IMG/VR virus record: IMGVR_UViG_3300022206_000004
Span: 1 to 54,852 of that record
DNA length: 54,852 nucleotides
Direction: 5' to 3' (one strand)
Source of the DNA: a virus
Taxonomy: Duplodnaviria > Caudoviricetes
How positions within the stretch are numbered: the first letter of the stretch is position 1; the number at the start of each line of letters is the position of its first letter. The translations under genes and the position numbers were made by a program. Of this stretch, positions 45,340-54,346 are shown piece by piece. The notes below the pieces were generated by a model. The model was not told the origin of the DNA, did not search any database, and saw nothing but the letters and a program-made list of their open reading frames with translations.

Positions 45340-45480
45340 ATGAAAGTAGCTGCAGCGCTTGCAATAATAGCGCTCTGCATCGGGTTTTACCTCATTGGGT
45401 ACCGTGATGGTAAGTACTTTGGGTACTGGGAAGGTGTGTTGAAGCAGAAGGCTATTCACTTAGGTTTAATAAAGGAGTGA
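45340..45480 (+). CDS. Small membrane peptide (46 aa)
   Basis: AGGAG RBS; MKVAAALAIIALCIGFYLIGYRDGKYFGYWEGVLKQKAIHLGLIKE. Confidence 0.6.
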   Translation: MKVAAALAIIALCIGFYLIGYRDGKYFGYWEGVLKQKAIHLGLIKE

Positions 45481-45497
45481 GAAGGAGAAGTATAAAG

Positions 45498-46535
45498 ATG
45501 CCGTTGAAGTGGTTCAAATGCCCCGATGATGGTGGAATAATTGAAGTGGAGAAGTGCCTCTCCGTGAGAGGCTGTCGCCTTGGACAAAGGTGTGCCACGA
45601 TGCCATATCTCAGGAACGCTGCCACTGATAGAGAGTGGAAAGCTGTTACTCCCTCCCAGGCATTTAATGGCCCCCGCTTCATCTATTTAAAGGAGGTAGT
45701 TTATTATGCTGAGGACCCTCATGACAAAGCTTTTGCGATTCTTGGAACGGGATCGCATGATAAACTTAGCGTACATCGCCTTGTTAGAGGATTCGTTAGC
45801 GAAAAAGGATTCGATGACGGACTTATCAGGGGTATCCCTGACATCGTCGAACCTGACGAATACGCTCTGGGATTCTATATTCTCTACGACTATAAAACCA
45901 GTGGAAGTTTCAAGGTGGCATTGGCCCTTGGCTTAGAGAAGTCATCCGTAGATGTCATTGGTGACGACGGTCATCCAGTACTTTATAAAACTGGGACTAG
46001 GAAAGGAACTCCAAAGCAAAAGAGCGTCTGGGTTCCCAACCCAAAGAAGGGGATAGCGGAGATTGAGGACTGGTCCTACCAGATGAATAGATACCGTATC
46101 CTGGTTGAGGAGCATGGGTTTAACATCTCCCGTATGGTGGTTCAGTGTATCCCAAGGGACGGTAATACTTATGTGGCTAAGAATCGTGGTGTTGATAAGA
46201 ACGTAATTCTGGTGGAGATACCACGGATGGATAATAATTTAATACTAAACCATTATGACAAGTTGCAGAAGGAGATTGAAAAGAGTTTTAAAACACATAG
46301 GCCCAGGATATGTAATAAGAAAGAGTCATGGGACGGAAGAAAGTGTAACGGTTACTGCCCGGTAAGTGAAGAGTGTAGGCAGATGGAAAAGGACGGTAGG
46401 ATATTTAAGCCTATCAAGGGATCAAAGTGGGATAAACAGTGTAAAAATGAGAACATCAACACGGATGACCTTGATTGGAGAGAAGGTAAGATAGAGAAAT
46501 GTGGTTGTCCAAAAGGAGAATGCCCTAATGATTAA
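45498..46535 (+). CDS. PD-(D/E)xK exonuclease, Cas4/RecB-like
   Basis: G...H, GIPD, DYKT and Q...Y motifs, with C-terminal C...YCPV...C. Confidence 0.85.
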   Translation: MPLKWFKCPDDGGIIEVEKCLSVRGCRLGQRCATMPYLRNAATDREWKAVTPSQAFNGPRFIYLKEVVYYAEDPHDKAFAILGTGSHDKLSVHRLVRGFVSEKGFDDGLIRGIPDIVEPDEYALGFYILYDYKTSGSFKVALALGLEKSSVDVIGDDGHPVLYKTGTRKGTPKQKSVWVPNPKKGIAEIEDWSYQMNRYRILVEEHGFNISRMVVQCIPRDGNTYVAKNRGVDKNVILVEIPRMDNNLILNHYDKLQKEIEKSFKTHRPRICNKKESWDGRKCNGYCPVSEECRQMEKDGRIFKPIKGSKWDKQCKNENINTDDLDWREGKIEKCGCPKGECPND

Positions 46536-47181
46536 AGTGACTGAGAACGCAATTATCATAGACAGAAAGGCCCTATCAGACTGGCTCAACAAGGAGGGTG
46601 ACGTACCATGGGACGGTGACCCAAACAGCACCAGTGATTTAACTGATGCGGAAAAGAAGGAACTAGATAAGGAAGTTCATGGTTACGTTACTGGAAGTGG
46701 TGAAAAGAAGCCTTTTCCAAACCCGGCAAAGGGTGATGAGCATGTTCAGGACGAAGACATCGGTGAGCGCCCTGATTCGGTGAACCTATTTGATGTCGGC
46801 CCAAATGGTATTGGCGGTACACTCCAAGACGCACCCAAAGGGGCTGACAAGATCAAGGATATGCGGGACTGGTTAAAGAAACAAAAGTTTAATTATAGAA
46901 ACTTCTGTTTATTCCTCCATGGGATCACTGAGCTAGGTGGTTGGCCTCTATCTGAACCACTTATTGGAACAACCGCAAAAGGGGAACCGTCACTCTTCCA
47001 GGTTGCTGCCAGGTTCCATAGTTACTGGATGTCATCCAAGGATGAGGTAGCCAAGGCTTATAAGAAGTTCCTCCACGGACAGTTGGAGGATATGGGTGTC
47101 AAGATTGAACTAATAACCGATATGTTCAACGGGACTGAGATAGACCCAAAGAAACTCCCGAAGGGCATTGAAGTGTCGTAA
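46528..47181 (+). CDS. Hypothetical protein
   Basis: 217 aa, overlapping the nuclease stop; AGGAG RBS. Confidence 0.65.
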   Translation: MIKVTENAIIIDRKALSDWLNKEGDVPWDGDPNSTSDLTDAEKKELDKEVHGYVTGSGEKKPFPNPAKGDEHVQDEDIGERPDSVNLFDVGPNGIGGTLQDAPKGADKIKDMRDWLKKQKFNYRNFCLFLHGITELGGWPLSEPLIGTTAKGEPSLFQVAARFHSYWMSSKDEVAKAYKKFLHGQLEDMGVKIELITDMFNGTEIDPKKLPKGIEVS

Positions 47182-47185
47182 TCTA

Positions 47186-47318
47186 TGGGGGTGTAGGTGG
47201 ATAGCGGGTCTGCATCTGGACAGCTTAAATGCTGGTGGAACCGTGAAAGGCCGAAGGCGGGTAGGGCGAGGGAAATCCCAGACCTGAAGGCTGGTGCGAG
47301 TCCAGCCACCCCCAGCCA
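47186..47318 (+). ncRNA. tRNA/tmRNA-like RNA with an expanded anticodon domain
   Basis: TGGGGGTG/CACCCCCA acceptor plus GCCA, T arm GCTGG-TGCGAGT-CCAGC, and a GGGTCTG/CAGACCT helix enclosing about 66 nt. Confidence 0.65.
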
Positions 47319-47326
47319 TTTTTTTC

Positions 47327-47355
47327 TTGACAAAGAGTGTAGGGTGTGGTATATA
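47327..47355 (+). promoter_or_regulatory. Candidate sigma70 promoter
   Basis: TTGACA-17 nt-TATATA with TG extended -10. Confidence 0.55.
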
Positions 47356-47373
47356 GGAGATGGAGGTGAAGAA

Positions 47374-47562
47374 ATGCTAATTCACAAGGACGTGACGAAA
47401 GAAAAGGAGGAAATGGCTTTTGCGCTGTTTCTAACAGGGAGCGAATTGGCAGTCATGACTAACGCCCTTGAAGACGCTACCGTTAATTGGGCTGAGGGTA
47501 GTGACATCCAACTCAAGGCAGAGGACCTTGTCATGACAATCACCAAAATCATAGGCCCTTAA
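47374..47562 (+). CDS. Hypothetical protein
   Basis: GGAGGTG RBS before the ATG at 47374. Confidence 0.6.
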   Translation: MLIHKDVTKEKEEMAFALFLTGSELAVMTNALEDATVNWAEGSDIQLKAEDLVMTITKIIGP

Positions 47563-47572
47563 AGGAGGATGT

Positions 47573-47896
47573 ATGAAGAGACAAAGGGACCCACGACCAG
47601 GTGGGTACAGGACAAACAGCCTTAGGAAGCCAGAGATTTATGAGGGTATTTGTTCTTGCTGTGGCACTAAACCGATAGCTAAGGGGAACAGGAAGTTGTG
47701 TGTGTGGTGCTATACTGATTCGTGGGATGAAGAGTTTAGACCTGATCCAAACCTCATTGAGAAGAAGGACTTAGTGTACCTGACCATCAAGGTGATGGAG
47801 ATGGAACGGACTCCCCCAACTCCTGTTAAACACTTCTCATGTGATAATCACACACAAGAAGAACTCCGGGCTATCCTGAAAGGAGAAATGGGGTGA
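47573..47896 (+). CDS. Zinc-finger protein
   Basis: CSCCG...LCVWC; AGGAGG RBS. Confidence 0.65.
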   Translation: MKRQRDPRPGGYRTNSLRKPEIYEGICSCCGTKPIAKGNRKLCVWCYTDSWDEEFRPDPNLIEKKDLVYLTIKVMEMERTPPTPVKHFSCDNHTQEELRAILKGEMG

Positions 47897-48204
47897 ACGC
47901 TTACATGTACCACATGCTACTACGAGCGAGAGAGGCTCATGAGGATAATGAGGTAACCGGAGTAAATGGAATCAAATGCCCGTTCTGTGTTGCAGACGAA
48001 GATCAGGAGTGGTTTAAACATGTTAAGCTTGGTGCTGATGAAAATATCGACATTGGACCAAGGCCAGATCGCCCGTTAGCCCCGCACTGTGTCAACTGCC
48101 CACTGCGGAACCTGGCAGGTGTACCTATGCAGCAGCTAATGGATGACTGTGTAACCATTGGGAAGTACATGCTCGACAAGTATGAGGGGATAGAAGATGA
48201 TTAA
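47893..48204 (+). CDS. Zinc-finger protein
   Basis: CPFC...CVNCPL. Confidence 0.65.
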   Translation: MNAYMYHMLLRAREAHEDNEVTGVNGIKCPFCVADEDQEWFKHVKLGADENIDIGPRPDRPLAPHCVNCPLRNLAGVPMQQLMDDCVTIGKYMLDKYEGIEDD

Positions 48205-48328
48205 ACTTGCTCTTACTGTTGCCGCTGTAGCCTGTGGTATTTTTGCAATGGTGGGGATCATTCTAATCTCAATAGGCTTTGTCTTAGTTGCAGCGGCACT
48301 ATGGATTTCAGAGAAAATGGAGGATTAG
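48197..48328 (+). CDS. Small hydrophobic membrane peptide (43 aa)
   Basis: Hand translation MIKLALTVAAVACGIFAMVGIILISIGFVLVAAALWISEKMED. Confidence 0.55.
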   Translation: MIKLALTVAAVACGIFAMVGIILISIGFVLVAAALWISEKMED

Positions 48329-48329
48329 A

Positions 48330-48602
48330 ATGTACGATCACTTACAAGCATGTATGTACTGCCCCAAGTCTGACATGACCTGTGATGGTGAGGTACACTG
48401 TACCATCTATGCAAATAGGTCTTGGGTGAACCGTGTTGGTGGTTGTGGGATGTTTCCCTTCAGAGAGCTACCACCAGGTCTTTCTTATATAGATGGGAGG
48501 ATAGCTGGCAGGGGGAGGATAGGTCAGCAGAAACAGAAGCACGAAGACCGCAAATACCATTCCAAGAACGATGGGAAGCGTAAGTATAAATTTAAGGTAT
48601 AG
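48330..48602 (+). CDS. Small Cys-rich basic protein
   Basis: C..C...C..Y.....W.NR.GGC and R.GQQKQ; GGAGG RBS. Confidence 0.6.
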   Translation: MYDHLQACMYCPKSDMTCDGEVHCTIYANRSWVNRVGGCGMFPFRELPPGLSYIDGRIAGRGRIGQQKQKHEDRKYHSKNDGKRKYKFKV

Positions 48603-48610
48603 GGGGAAAA

Positions 48611-49765
48611 ATGACAACACAAGATATAGGGGGTATATACTCAGATGCTAAGTGTCCGTTATGTGGAGGTAATTACGTAGATGACCACCATTCGGCACTG
48701 CGCTGCCTAGACCATCCACAACATATAGCGGGTAGGTTTAAGGTAAAGATACGGGATGTTTGCGCCAGGTTTAATAGCTACTCAGATGCGAAGCTGTTCC
48801 TTGAGGCAAAGAGACAGGATGTTCGTAACGGCACCCTTACTCTAAAGAAGGATCAGAAGACGCTGGGTCACCTTATGGATGCCTTTCTAGACTGGAAGGA
48901 GAAGCTTGTTGAGTATGGAAAAATCAAAGAGAAAACCGTTATCACGTATCACCACAGGCTCAGAAGAATTGTGGATAATATCGGTGTAGCTAGACTGGCT
49001 GATGAGATTGAGTATAGACACATACACAGCTTTCTGTACTCCACCAACTTCTCCACCAAGTCAAAATATGACAGCTACGTAGTCTTCAAGGAGATGATGG
49101 TTCTAGCCCATAACCTTGGCTTAATCAGTGAGCTTCCACAGTTTCCAGGCTGGCAGTTTGACCTTGAGCATGACATGAAGAGGCGTAAGACCATTGATAA
49201 GAGTACCCAGGAGAAAATACTTGGTCAAGTATGGAAGAATGAGGGTGCTAAGAGGCCCAGGTTGTACCTTGCCATCAGGTTCCTGGCTACCTACATCAAC
49301 CTAAGGCCAAATGAGCTTCGTATGGTGAACGAAGAGGACGTGAACAGGAAAAATGGGACCATAATCATCAAGCACCACAAGACATCAAGGACCCCAAAGA
49401 TCATTAGGCTTACTGAAGACGATGCTGCGTCTATCAGGAATCTTCAACGGGCGTTTCCAAGAACCCCATTCTTTAGGGATAAATACCATCAGAGATTCGG
49501 CAGGAACATGATGTACCGGGCATGGAAAAAGGCAGCTTCCCAGATTGGGTGCTATGACGTTGACCTCTACGGTGGTACACGACACAGTTCAGCTATTGCC
49601 TTATATAAGGAGCATGGAGTTAGCCCGGAAGAGATAAAGAAGGCTACTGGTCACAAGACATCTGTGGCTTTTACACGATACTTCAAGCTTGACATCGACG
49701 ACATAGCTGAGATTCATAGTTTGGCACAGCCAACGGTAAAAATATCAATTCAGGAGGGGGTATAA
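48611..49765 (+). CDS. int: Tyrosine recombinase/integrase with an N-terminal zinc ribbon
   Basis: LRPNE (Arg), HKT (Lys), LYGGTRHS, TGH and RY (Tyr); N-terminal CPLC...C..H. Confidence 0.9.
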   Translation: MTTQDIGGIYSDAKCPLCGGNYVDDHHSALRCLDHPQHIAGRFKVKIRDVCARFNSYSDAKLFLEAKRQDVRNGTLTLKKDQKTLGHLMDAFLDWKEKLVEYGKIKEKTVITYHHRLRRIVDNIGVARLADEIEYRHIHSFLYSTNFSTKSKYDSYVVFKEMMVLAHNLGLISELPQFPGWQFDLEHDMKRRKTIDKSTQEKILGQVWKNEGAKRPRLYLAIRFLATYINLRPNELRMVNEEDVNRKNGTIIIKHHKTSRTPKIIRLTEDDAASIRNLQRAFPRTPFFRDKYHQRFGRNMMYRAWKKAASQIGCYDVDLYGGTRHSSAIALYKEHGVSPEEIKKATGHKTSVAFTRYFKLDIDDIAEIHSLAQPTVKISIQEGV

Positions 49766-49766
49766 C

Positions 49767-49937
49767 ATGCTTGCAGGGTACCACCATTTTCTTGACAGGC
49801 TGAGGTCGGATGGGAAACTGTACTTCTGGTGTTCGTGTGGTCGATCTGCTAAGATCACTAAGGACATGCCACTCCGCATGATTTGCTTCTGCAAAAGACG
49901 TATGATCGTAATGGACAAGGAGGACTTACCGTGCTGA
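49767..49937 (+). CDS. Small Cys-containing protein (56 aa)
   Basis: Hand translation with CSCG...CFC. Confidence 0.45.
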   Translation: MLAGYHHFLDRLRSDGKLYFWCSCGRSAKITKDMPLRMICFCKRRMIVMDKEDLPC

Positions 49938-50113
49938 AAATCAGATGCAAGAAGCACAAGGACTATAAGGGGGTGCTACCCCCCAGAGTACAGTGCTTGG
50001 CTTGTGGCTTCGTCCATATGACACGGAGTATCATCAACCAGTCACCCAATGAAGACCTCCAGTTCAAAAGGGGTAAGCGGTGGCAGAACAAGAACGCTGA
50101 ACCTGGGAGGTAA
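49931..50113 (+). CDS. Small zinc-binding protein
   Basis: C.KH..YKG..PP...C.AC; AGGAGG RBS before a GTG start. Confidence 0.55.
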   Translation: MLKIRCKKHKDYKGVLPPRVQCLACGFVHMTRSIINQSPNEDLQFKRGKRWQNKNAEPGR

Positions 50114-50115
50114 TA

Positions 50116-50265
50116 ATGCAACACTGGGGATTGAACCTGGATACACTTGGAGAGATTATGAGGTTCGTGTTAGCATGTTCTTGGATTGCCCTTATCGCAG
50201 TTGGGGCTGTCCACCTACTTCGATACGTGATAAGGGTTTATCAGAAGGTGAGGTGGGGGAGATGA
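50116..50265 (+). CDS. Small membrane protein (49 aa)
   Basis: GGAGGT RBS; MQHWGLNLDTLGEIMRFVLACSWIALIAVGAVHLLRYVIRVYQKVRWGR; ATGA overlap with the next gene. Confidence 0.55.
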   Translation: MQHWGLNLDTLGEIMRFVLACSWIALIAVGAVHLLRYVIRVYQKVRWGR

Positions 50266-50630
50266 GGGTGCGTAAGCCTGGAGAACTCACTGATACTGAG
50301 AAGAATACTCTTAAGATTGAGATTCGTGCAGGATGTAGAAATATGGGGGCTAATTCCATATACTTGGCTCCAGGTCAGAAGGTTAGGATACACGACAGGG
50401 AATCGTTTGGCCTCTGTGCTGACTGTGGTCACTTCGGGTTCATGGCAACCCAATACAAGATTAAAATGGCTGTCTGTGAGAGGGCTGACAATTTCCTGAT
50501 ACGCTTATCAGAGGACGAACCAATAGTTGAATGTACCAGTTATTATACCAGGGATGAGCAGGATGCTCACGATTACTCTAAGAATGCCTGGTTGCTTGAC
50601 CCGGCAGAAAAGAAAGTGGGGATCATATGA
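50262..50630 (+). CDS. Cys-containing hypothetical protein
   Basis: GLCADC...C...CTSY...AWLLD; true start likely 50262. Confidence 0.65.
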   Translation: MRVRKPGELTDTEKNTLKIEIRAGCRNMGANSIYLAPGQKVRIHDRESFGLCADCGHFGFMATQYKIKMAVCERADNFLIRLSEDEPIVECTSYYTRDEQDAHDYSKNAWLLDPAEKKVGII

Positions 50631-51538
50631 AAGAGATAAACAGTTACCCAAAGATTTACAACTTGGGTCACCGTGCGATCCGTGACATCTTCAAGGAGTC
50701 CGTACTATGCCAGGAGAAGGTGGATGGGTCACAGATAAGTTTCTGCAGGCGTGATGTAGACATCTACGCCAGAAGTAAGGGGGCTATGCTATACTTTGAT
50801 AACCCTGAGAAGATGTTTGCCCCCGGCCTAGAGCAAATTTGGGACATAGGTGATTCCCTGGTAGACGGCTGGGTATACAGGGGTGAGTATCTTAAGAAGC
50901 CAAAACACAACGTTCTGGAGTATGACCGCACTCCAATACGCCACATCATCCTATACGACATTCAGGTTGGTGATCAGGACTTCCTTGACCCTGAGTCTGT
51001 TAAGGAGGAGGCAGAGAGGATAGGTCTTGAGGTGGTTCCATACTGGTTTCTACCAGAGGGAGCTACCCTTGAGCAGCTATCTGACCTTCTGCTGAATGTC
51101 TCATGCCTTGGTGGCTGCGCTCCAGAGGGCATAGTGATCAAGAACTATAGGCGCTTTGATCCGTACACTGGTAAGGTGATGATGGGTAAACATGTAAGTG
51201 AGGCGTTCAAAGAGGTCCACCGAAACTCTAAGGGGAAGTACAGAACAAGTAATAAAGATGTTATACAAAGCATCATTGACAATTACAAGACTGAGGCCAG
51301 GTGGCAGAAGGCTGTGCAGCACCTCAGAGAGGCCGGGAAGCTAGAGGACTCACCTACCGACATCGGTATGCTGATTAAGGAGGTGTCGCAAGATGTTTAC
51401 CACGAAGAGAGACTAGAGATTCAGGAGATTCTCTTTAAGTGGGCCTGGAAACAGATAAGCCGTGGTATCACTGCAGGTCTTCCAGAGTGGTACAAAGAGA
51501 GTTTACTTAAGAAGCAATTCGGAGGGGAAGATGATTGA
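50627..51538 (+). CDS. RNA ligase (Rnl2-like nucleotidyltransferase)
   Basis: YPKI, motif I EKVDGSQ, YRGE, LYDI and EGIVIK. Confidence 0.85.
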   Translation: MKEINSYPKIYNLGHRAIRDIFKESVLCQEKVDGSQISFCRRDVDIYARSKGAMLYFDNPEKMFAPGLEQIWDIGDSLVDGWVYRGEYLKKPKHNVLEYDRTPIRHIILYDIQVGDQDFLDPESVKEEAERIGLEVVPYWFLPEGATLEQLSDLLLNVSCLGGCAPEGIVIKNYRRFDPYTGKVMMGKHVSEAFKEVHRNSKGKYRTSNKDVIQSIIDNYKTEARWQKAVQHLREAGKLEDSPTDIGMLIKEVSQDVYHEERLEIQEILFKWAWKQISRGITAGLPEWYKESLLKKQFGGEDD

Positions 51539-52265
51539 AAAAGCTGCTCACGAATATCGTGATCTAGGCTTTAGTGTCATGCCAGTAGGACCTGATAAAC
51601 GCCCAATGATTGAATGGAAGCGCTACCAAGAGGAAAGACCAAGTCATTCCCAGATTACCCACTGGTGGGACAAGTACCCACATGCAAACGTTGGGATCAT
51701 CACTGGTATAGTATCAGGTCTCCTAGTGTTCGATCTTGATAGCCACGGAGCAAGAGACTACGTTAAGAGGCGTGGTTTACCAACCACACCAATAGCAAAG
51801 ACAGCAAAGGGGATACACATTTATCTTGACTATCCTAGTGTTTTAGTAGGAAATAAGAGTGACCCCAAAATCGGAATGGATGTTCGTGGTGAGGGGGGTT
51901 ACGTCGTTGCCCCTCCAAGCACCCATGAGAGTGGTAAAAGGTACGAATGGACCCACTGGCACCCATGGAACACTGAGGTGGCACCGCTTAATCAGTGGAT
52001 GATTGACTACTGTACTGATCCGTATGTCCACAACGGTCAGCGTGAGAAGGGCTGGCACTATGAAGTTCTTCAAGGTGTAGAGGATGGTGGTCGCAACCAT
52101 GCTTGTGCCTCACTGGCAGGGAGATTCTTTAATAAAGACTTGTCAGTTGTTGAGATCACAGAGATTCTACTGATGTGGAATGAAAGGAACCACCCTCCTC
52201 TTCCTGAGGATGAGATTGTAAGGACTGTTTCAAGTATAGGTGCTAGGCACGGAAGGAGGAAGTAA
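51531..52265 (+). CDS. Bifunctional primase-polymerase (Prim-Pol plus PriCT)
   Basis: ANVGIITG, DLD, KGIHIY, DVRGEGGYVVAPPS.H.SG..Y.W; GGRN and N.PPL...E. Confidence 0.92.
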   Translation: MIEKAAHEYRDLGFSVMPVGPDKRPMIEWKRYQEERPSHSQITHWWDKYPHANVGIITGIVSGLLVFDLDSHGARDYVKRRGLPTTPIAKTAKGIHIYLDYPSVLVGNKSDPKIGMDVRGEGGYVVAPPSTHESGKRYEWTHWHPWNTEVAPLNQWMIDYCTDPYVHNGQREKGWHYEVLQGVEDGGRNHACASLAGRFFNKDLSVVEITEILLMWNERNHPPLPEDEIVRTVSSIGARHGRRK

Positions 52266-52870
52266 TGATTATCTTTTTAGACATGGATGAGACCCTGGTC
52301 AACTTAGTCGATCCATGGCTGGCTTACCTCAATGAGGAGTCGGGCAAGAACCTAACCAGAGATGACGTTGGTGCCTACTCGGTTGAGGATAACTATGAGG
52401 ACAAGCTAAGTCGCTCCAAGATATTCAAGCCATTCAAGACCAAGGGCTTCTGGGTAGACCTGCCGCCATTTGTTGGTTCTATCCCATTCGTTAGGCAGCT
52501 ACACCAGAATCATACAGTGTACCTGGCTACCATCCCAGCGCTTGGCAAGGTCTGTGCCTATGAGAAGGAGAAGTGGATGGAGAAGCACCTACCATTTCTA
52601 GGTAGGGACAGACTAATCCTGTGTCATCACAAGTACTTATTACGTGGGGACATCCTCTTGGATGATAACCCAAAGTACCTATCTAACTTTACTGGTAAGC
52701 GTCTATTATTTGATAGACCTTGGAATAGGAACGATCAACTTTTAATGGATGGCTTTAATCCTGAGCGGTTCATTAGGATACATAACTACGGAGAGGCATT
52801 GTCGTACATAAATCAACTCTGGTTACCGTTCAAAGAAATCCAAGAGTACCCAGAATACCCTCAAACATAG
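52265..52870 (+). CDS. 5'(3')-deoxyribonucleotidase (HAD/NT5C family)
   Basis: DMDETL, EK..W...HLP, GDILLDD and PWN. Confidence 0.9.
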   Translation: MIIFLDMDETLVNLVDPWLAYLNEESGKNLTRDDVGAYSVEDNYEDKLSRSKIFKPFKTKGFWVDLPPFVGSIPFVRQLHQNHTVYLATIPALGKVCAYEKEKWMEKHLPFLGRDRLILCHHKYLLRGDILLDDNPKYLSNFTGKRLLFDRPWNRNDQLLMDGFNPERFIRIHNYGEALSYINQLWLPFKEIQEYPEYPQT

Positions 52871-52883
52871 ACCCCCTCAGCCT

Positions 52884-52922
52884 GCCCCCTTTGAGAATCC
52901 TCCGCTCATTGGGGGCTTTTTT
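52884..52922 (+). terminator. Intrinsic terminator
   Basis: GCCCCC..TGAG...CTCA..GGGGGC followed by T6. Confidence 0.7.
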
Positions 52923-53155
52923 GTGACCCACCTGGTCACTCTGTTTAGTCTCATCCACCCCTCAAATCACAAACGTTCATTATTTGTTCATTTTTAGTGA
53001 AATCTTGGTTCTGTTGAACAGGAATGCCGAATCCCCCACAAATTCGGCAGGTTATCCTCATATCAAACGGACCCCTAACGTCGAGAACAGCCAGGGGTCC
53101 ACACTTATTGCAAACATATAGTATCATTAGGGTTTCCTCCGAAAAAACGCAAAAG

Positions 53156-53193
53156 AACCCCCTGAAGGAAAATCATAATTACTTCAGGGGGTT
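53156..53193. repeat. Perfect 12-bp inverted repeat with a 14-bp spacer
   Basis: AACCCCCTGAAG-N14-CTTCAGGGGGTT. Confidence 0.7.
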
Positions 53194-53222
53194 ATGTTGT
53201 AGATGTAGCTATAGGGTTGGAA

Positions 53223-53981
53223 TTACTGGGCTTTCCAGGTGTACCCACCGTATCCAAATACACCATCTATAATGATGTGTGGGTACAGAGTGAAGTTACC
53301 CGCATGAGTGTACTCAACTGTAACGAATCCGTTCTGATGTCTAGTAGGTCGTTTCTGCTTGTAGTCAGGGTAACGGTCTGTTAGACAGCCAAGAGACTGA
53401 GCGATCTGCTCTTTCTTGGCGAAGTGGACGTTCCTTGTATCTTGCTGTAGGTGATGCACATGACAGTATACTATGGAATCACCGAAGTCATGGAGGGTCT
53501 TAGCTGCGTGGTACTTGTTCCAGAACCAGCCGTGCGCCCACCAGAGTTGACCAATTTGAATCGCCTCTCCGAATGGGACCACGTTCATCCCCATGTCTTC
53601 AAGCTCAAGGTCCTTTACCAGGTCCATGGCTCCGTGCATCTCAGGGTTCTTCTCCACGTACCACCTAACCCGGTGTTCATGGTTGCCAACGATGTAGTCA
53701 AACTCCGTGTCAGGTAGCCTGCTCTTGAAGAGTCTGAGTTCATCCTTGACAATCTCGTAATCATCCTTGTATCTGCGCCCCTCAGCTATCAGGGGTTTCT
53801 TCCTGTTCCAACTACTGAGCGACTCAAACTCTCCCATGTCGCCCATAAACACTATCCTGTCTGGCTTGATGTCGAAGCAGTACTCTCTCGCCACGACGTA
53901 AGCCGGGTGGAGTACCTTGTCAAAGGGGTCCAGGTGGATGTCCGGTAACCCCACCACTACAGAATCTGTTTTGGTTTTCAT
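53223..53981 (-). CDS. Calcineurin-like metallophosphoesterase
   Basis: DIH, GD, GNHE, HG and H.H motifs. Confidence 0.9.
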   Translation of the reverse strand: MKTKTDSVVVGLPDIHLDPFDKVLHPAYVVAREYCFDIKPDRIVFMGDMGEFESLSSWNRKKPLIAEGRRYKDDYEIVKDELRLFKSRLPDTEFDYIVGNHEHRVRWYVEKNPEMHGAMDLVKDLELEDMGMNVVPFGEAIQIGQLWWAHGWFWNKYHAAKTLHDFGDSIVYCHVHHLQQDTRNVHFAKKEQIAQSLGCLTDRYPDYKQKRPTRHQNGFVTVEYTHAGNFTLYPHIIIDGVFGYGGYTWKAQ

Positions 53982-53989
53982 AAACCCTC

Positions 53990-54346
53990 CTAAGACTTAA
54001 AGATTTTCCATCCCTTTAAACCAAAGATGGCAACGTACATACCAACGAAGCAGTACCCGAACCAGTCTGGGGCCACTGTTGAAAGGTTAGTCCATCCAAC
54101 CTTGAGTGCGTTCTGGATTCCAGAATTTGGAATGAAGTGGGCAGTAACTAGAGCAGTGGTCCAGAGGGTGAGCCACTCATCCTTCCAGCTTGCTGCCATA
54201 CCATGCTGTGCCGCCACGTTATAGTCCATCTCACCAGCTATAATTCGTTCCTGCACAGCAGTCTTTGCTTTCTGTTTAGCGGTGAAGTACTCAAAACCAG
54301 ACTCAACCATACTGGTTATGCCGCCCGTAATTATCTTCCAGATCAT
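53990..54346 (-). CDS. Probable holin (3-TM type)
   Basis: SWKDEW...P.W..Y......AIFG pattern, adjacent to the endolysin. Confidence 0.7.
   Translation of the reverse strand: MIWKIITGGITSMVESGFEYFTAKQKAKTAVQERIIAGEMDYNVAAQHGMAASWKDEWLTLWTTALVTAHFIPNSGIQNALKVGWTNLSTVAPDWFGYCFVGMYVAIFGLKGWKIFKS

Noticed and set aside
47186-47318. Calling this a bona fide tmRNA or tRNA-Sec
   Set aside because: It is too short for tmRNA and lacks G3:U70 and a tag ORF; it has no UCA anticodon loop or long D-stem. Kept only as an unknown tRNA-like RNA.
50049-50261. N-terminal extension of the 193-aa ORF in the track
   Set aside because: The region is better explained by a separate SD-led 49-aa membrane ORF that overlaps the true start at 50262 via ATGA.
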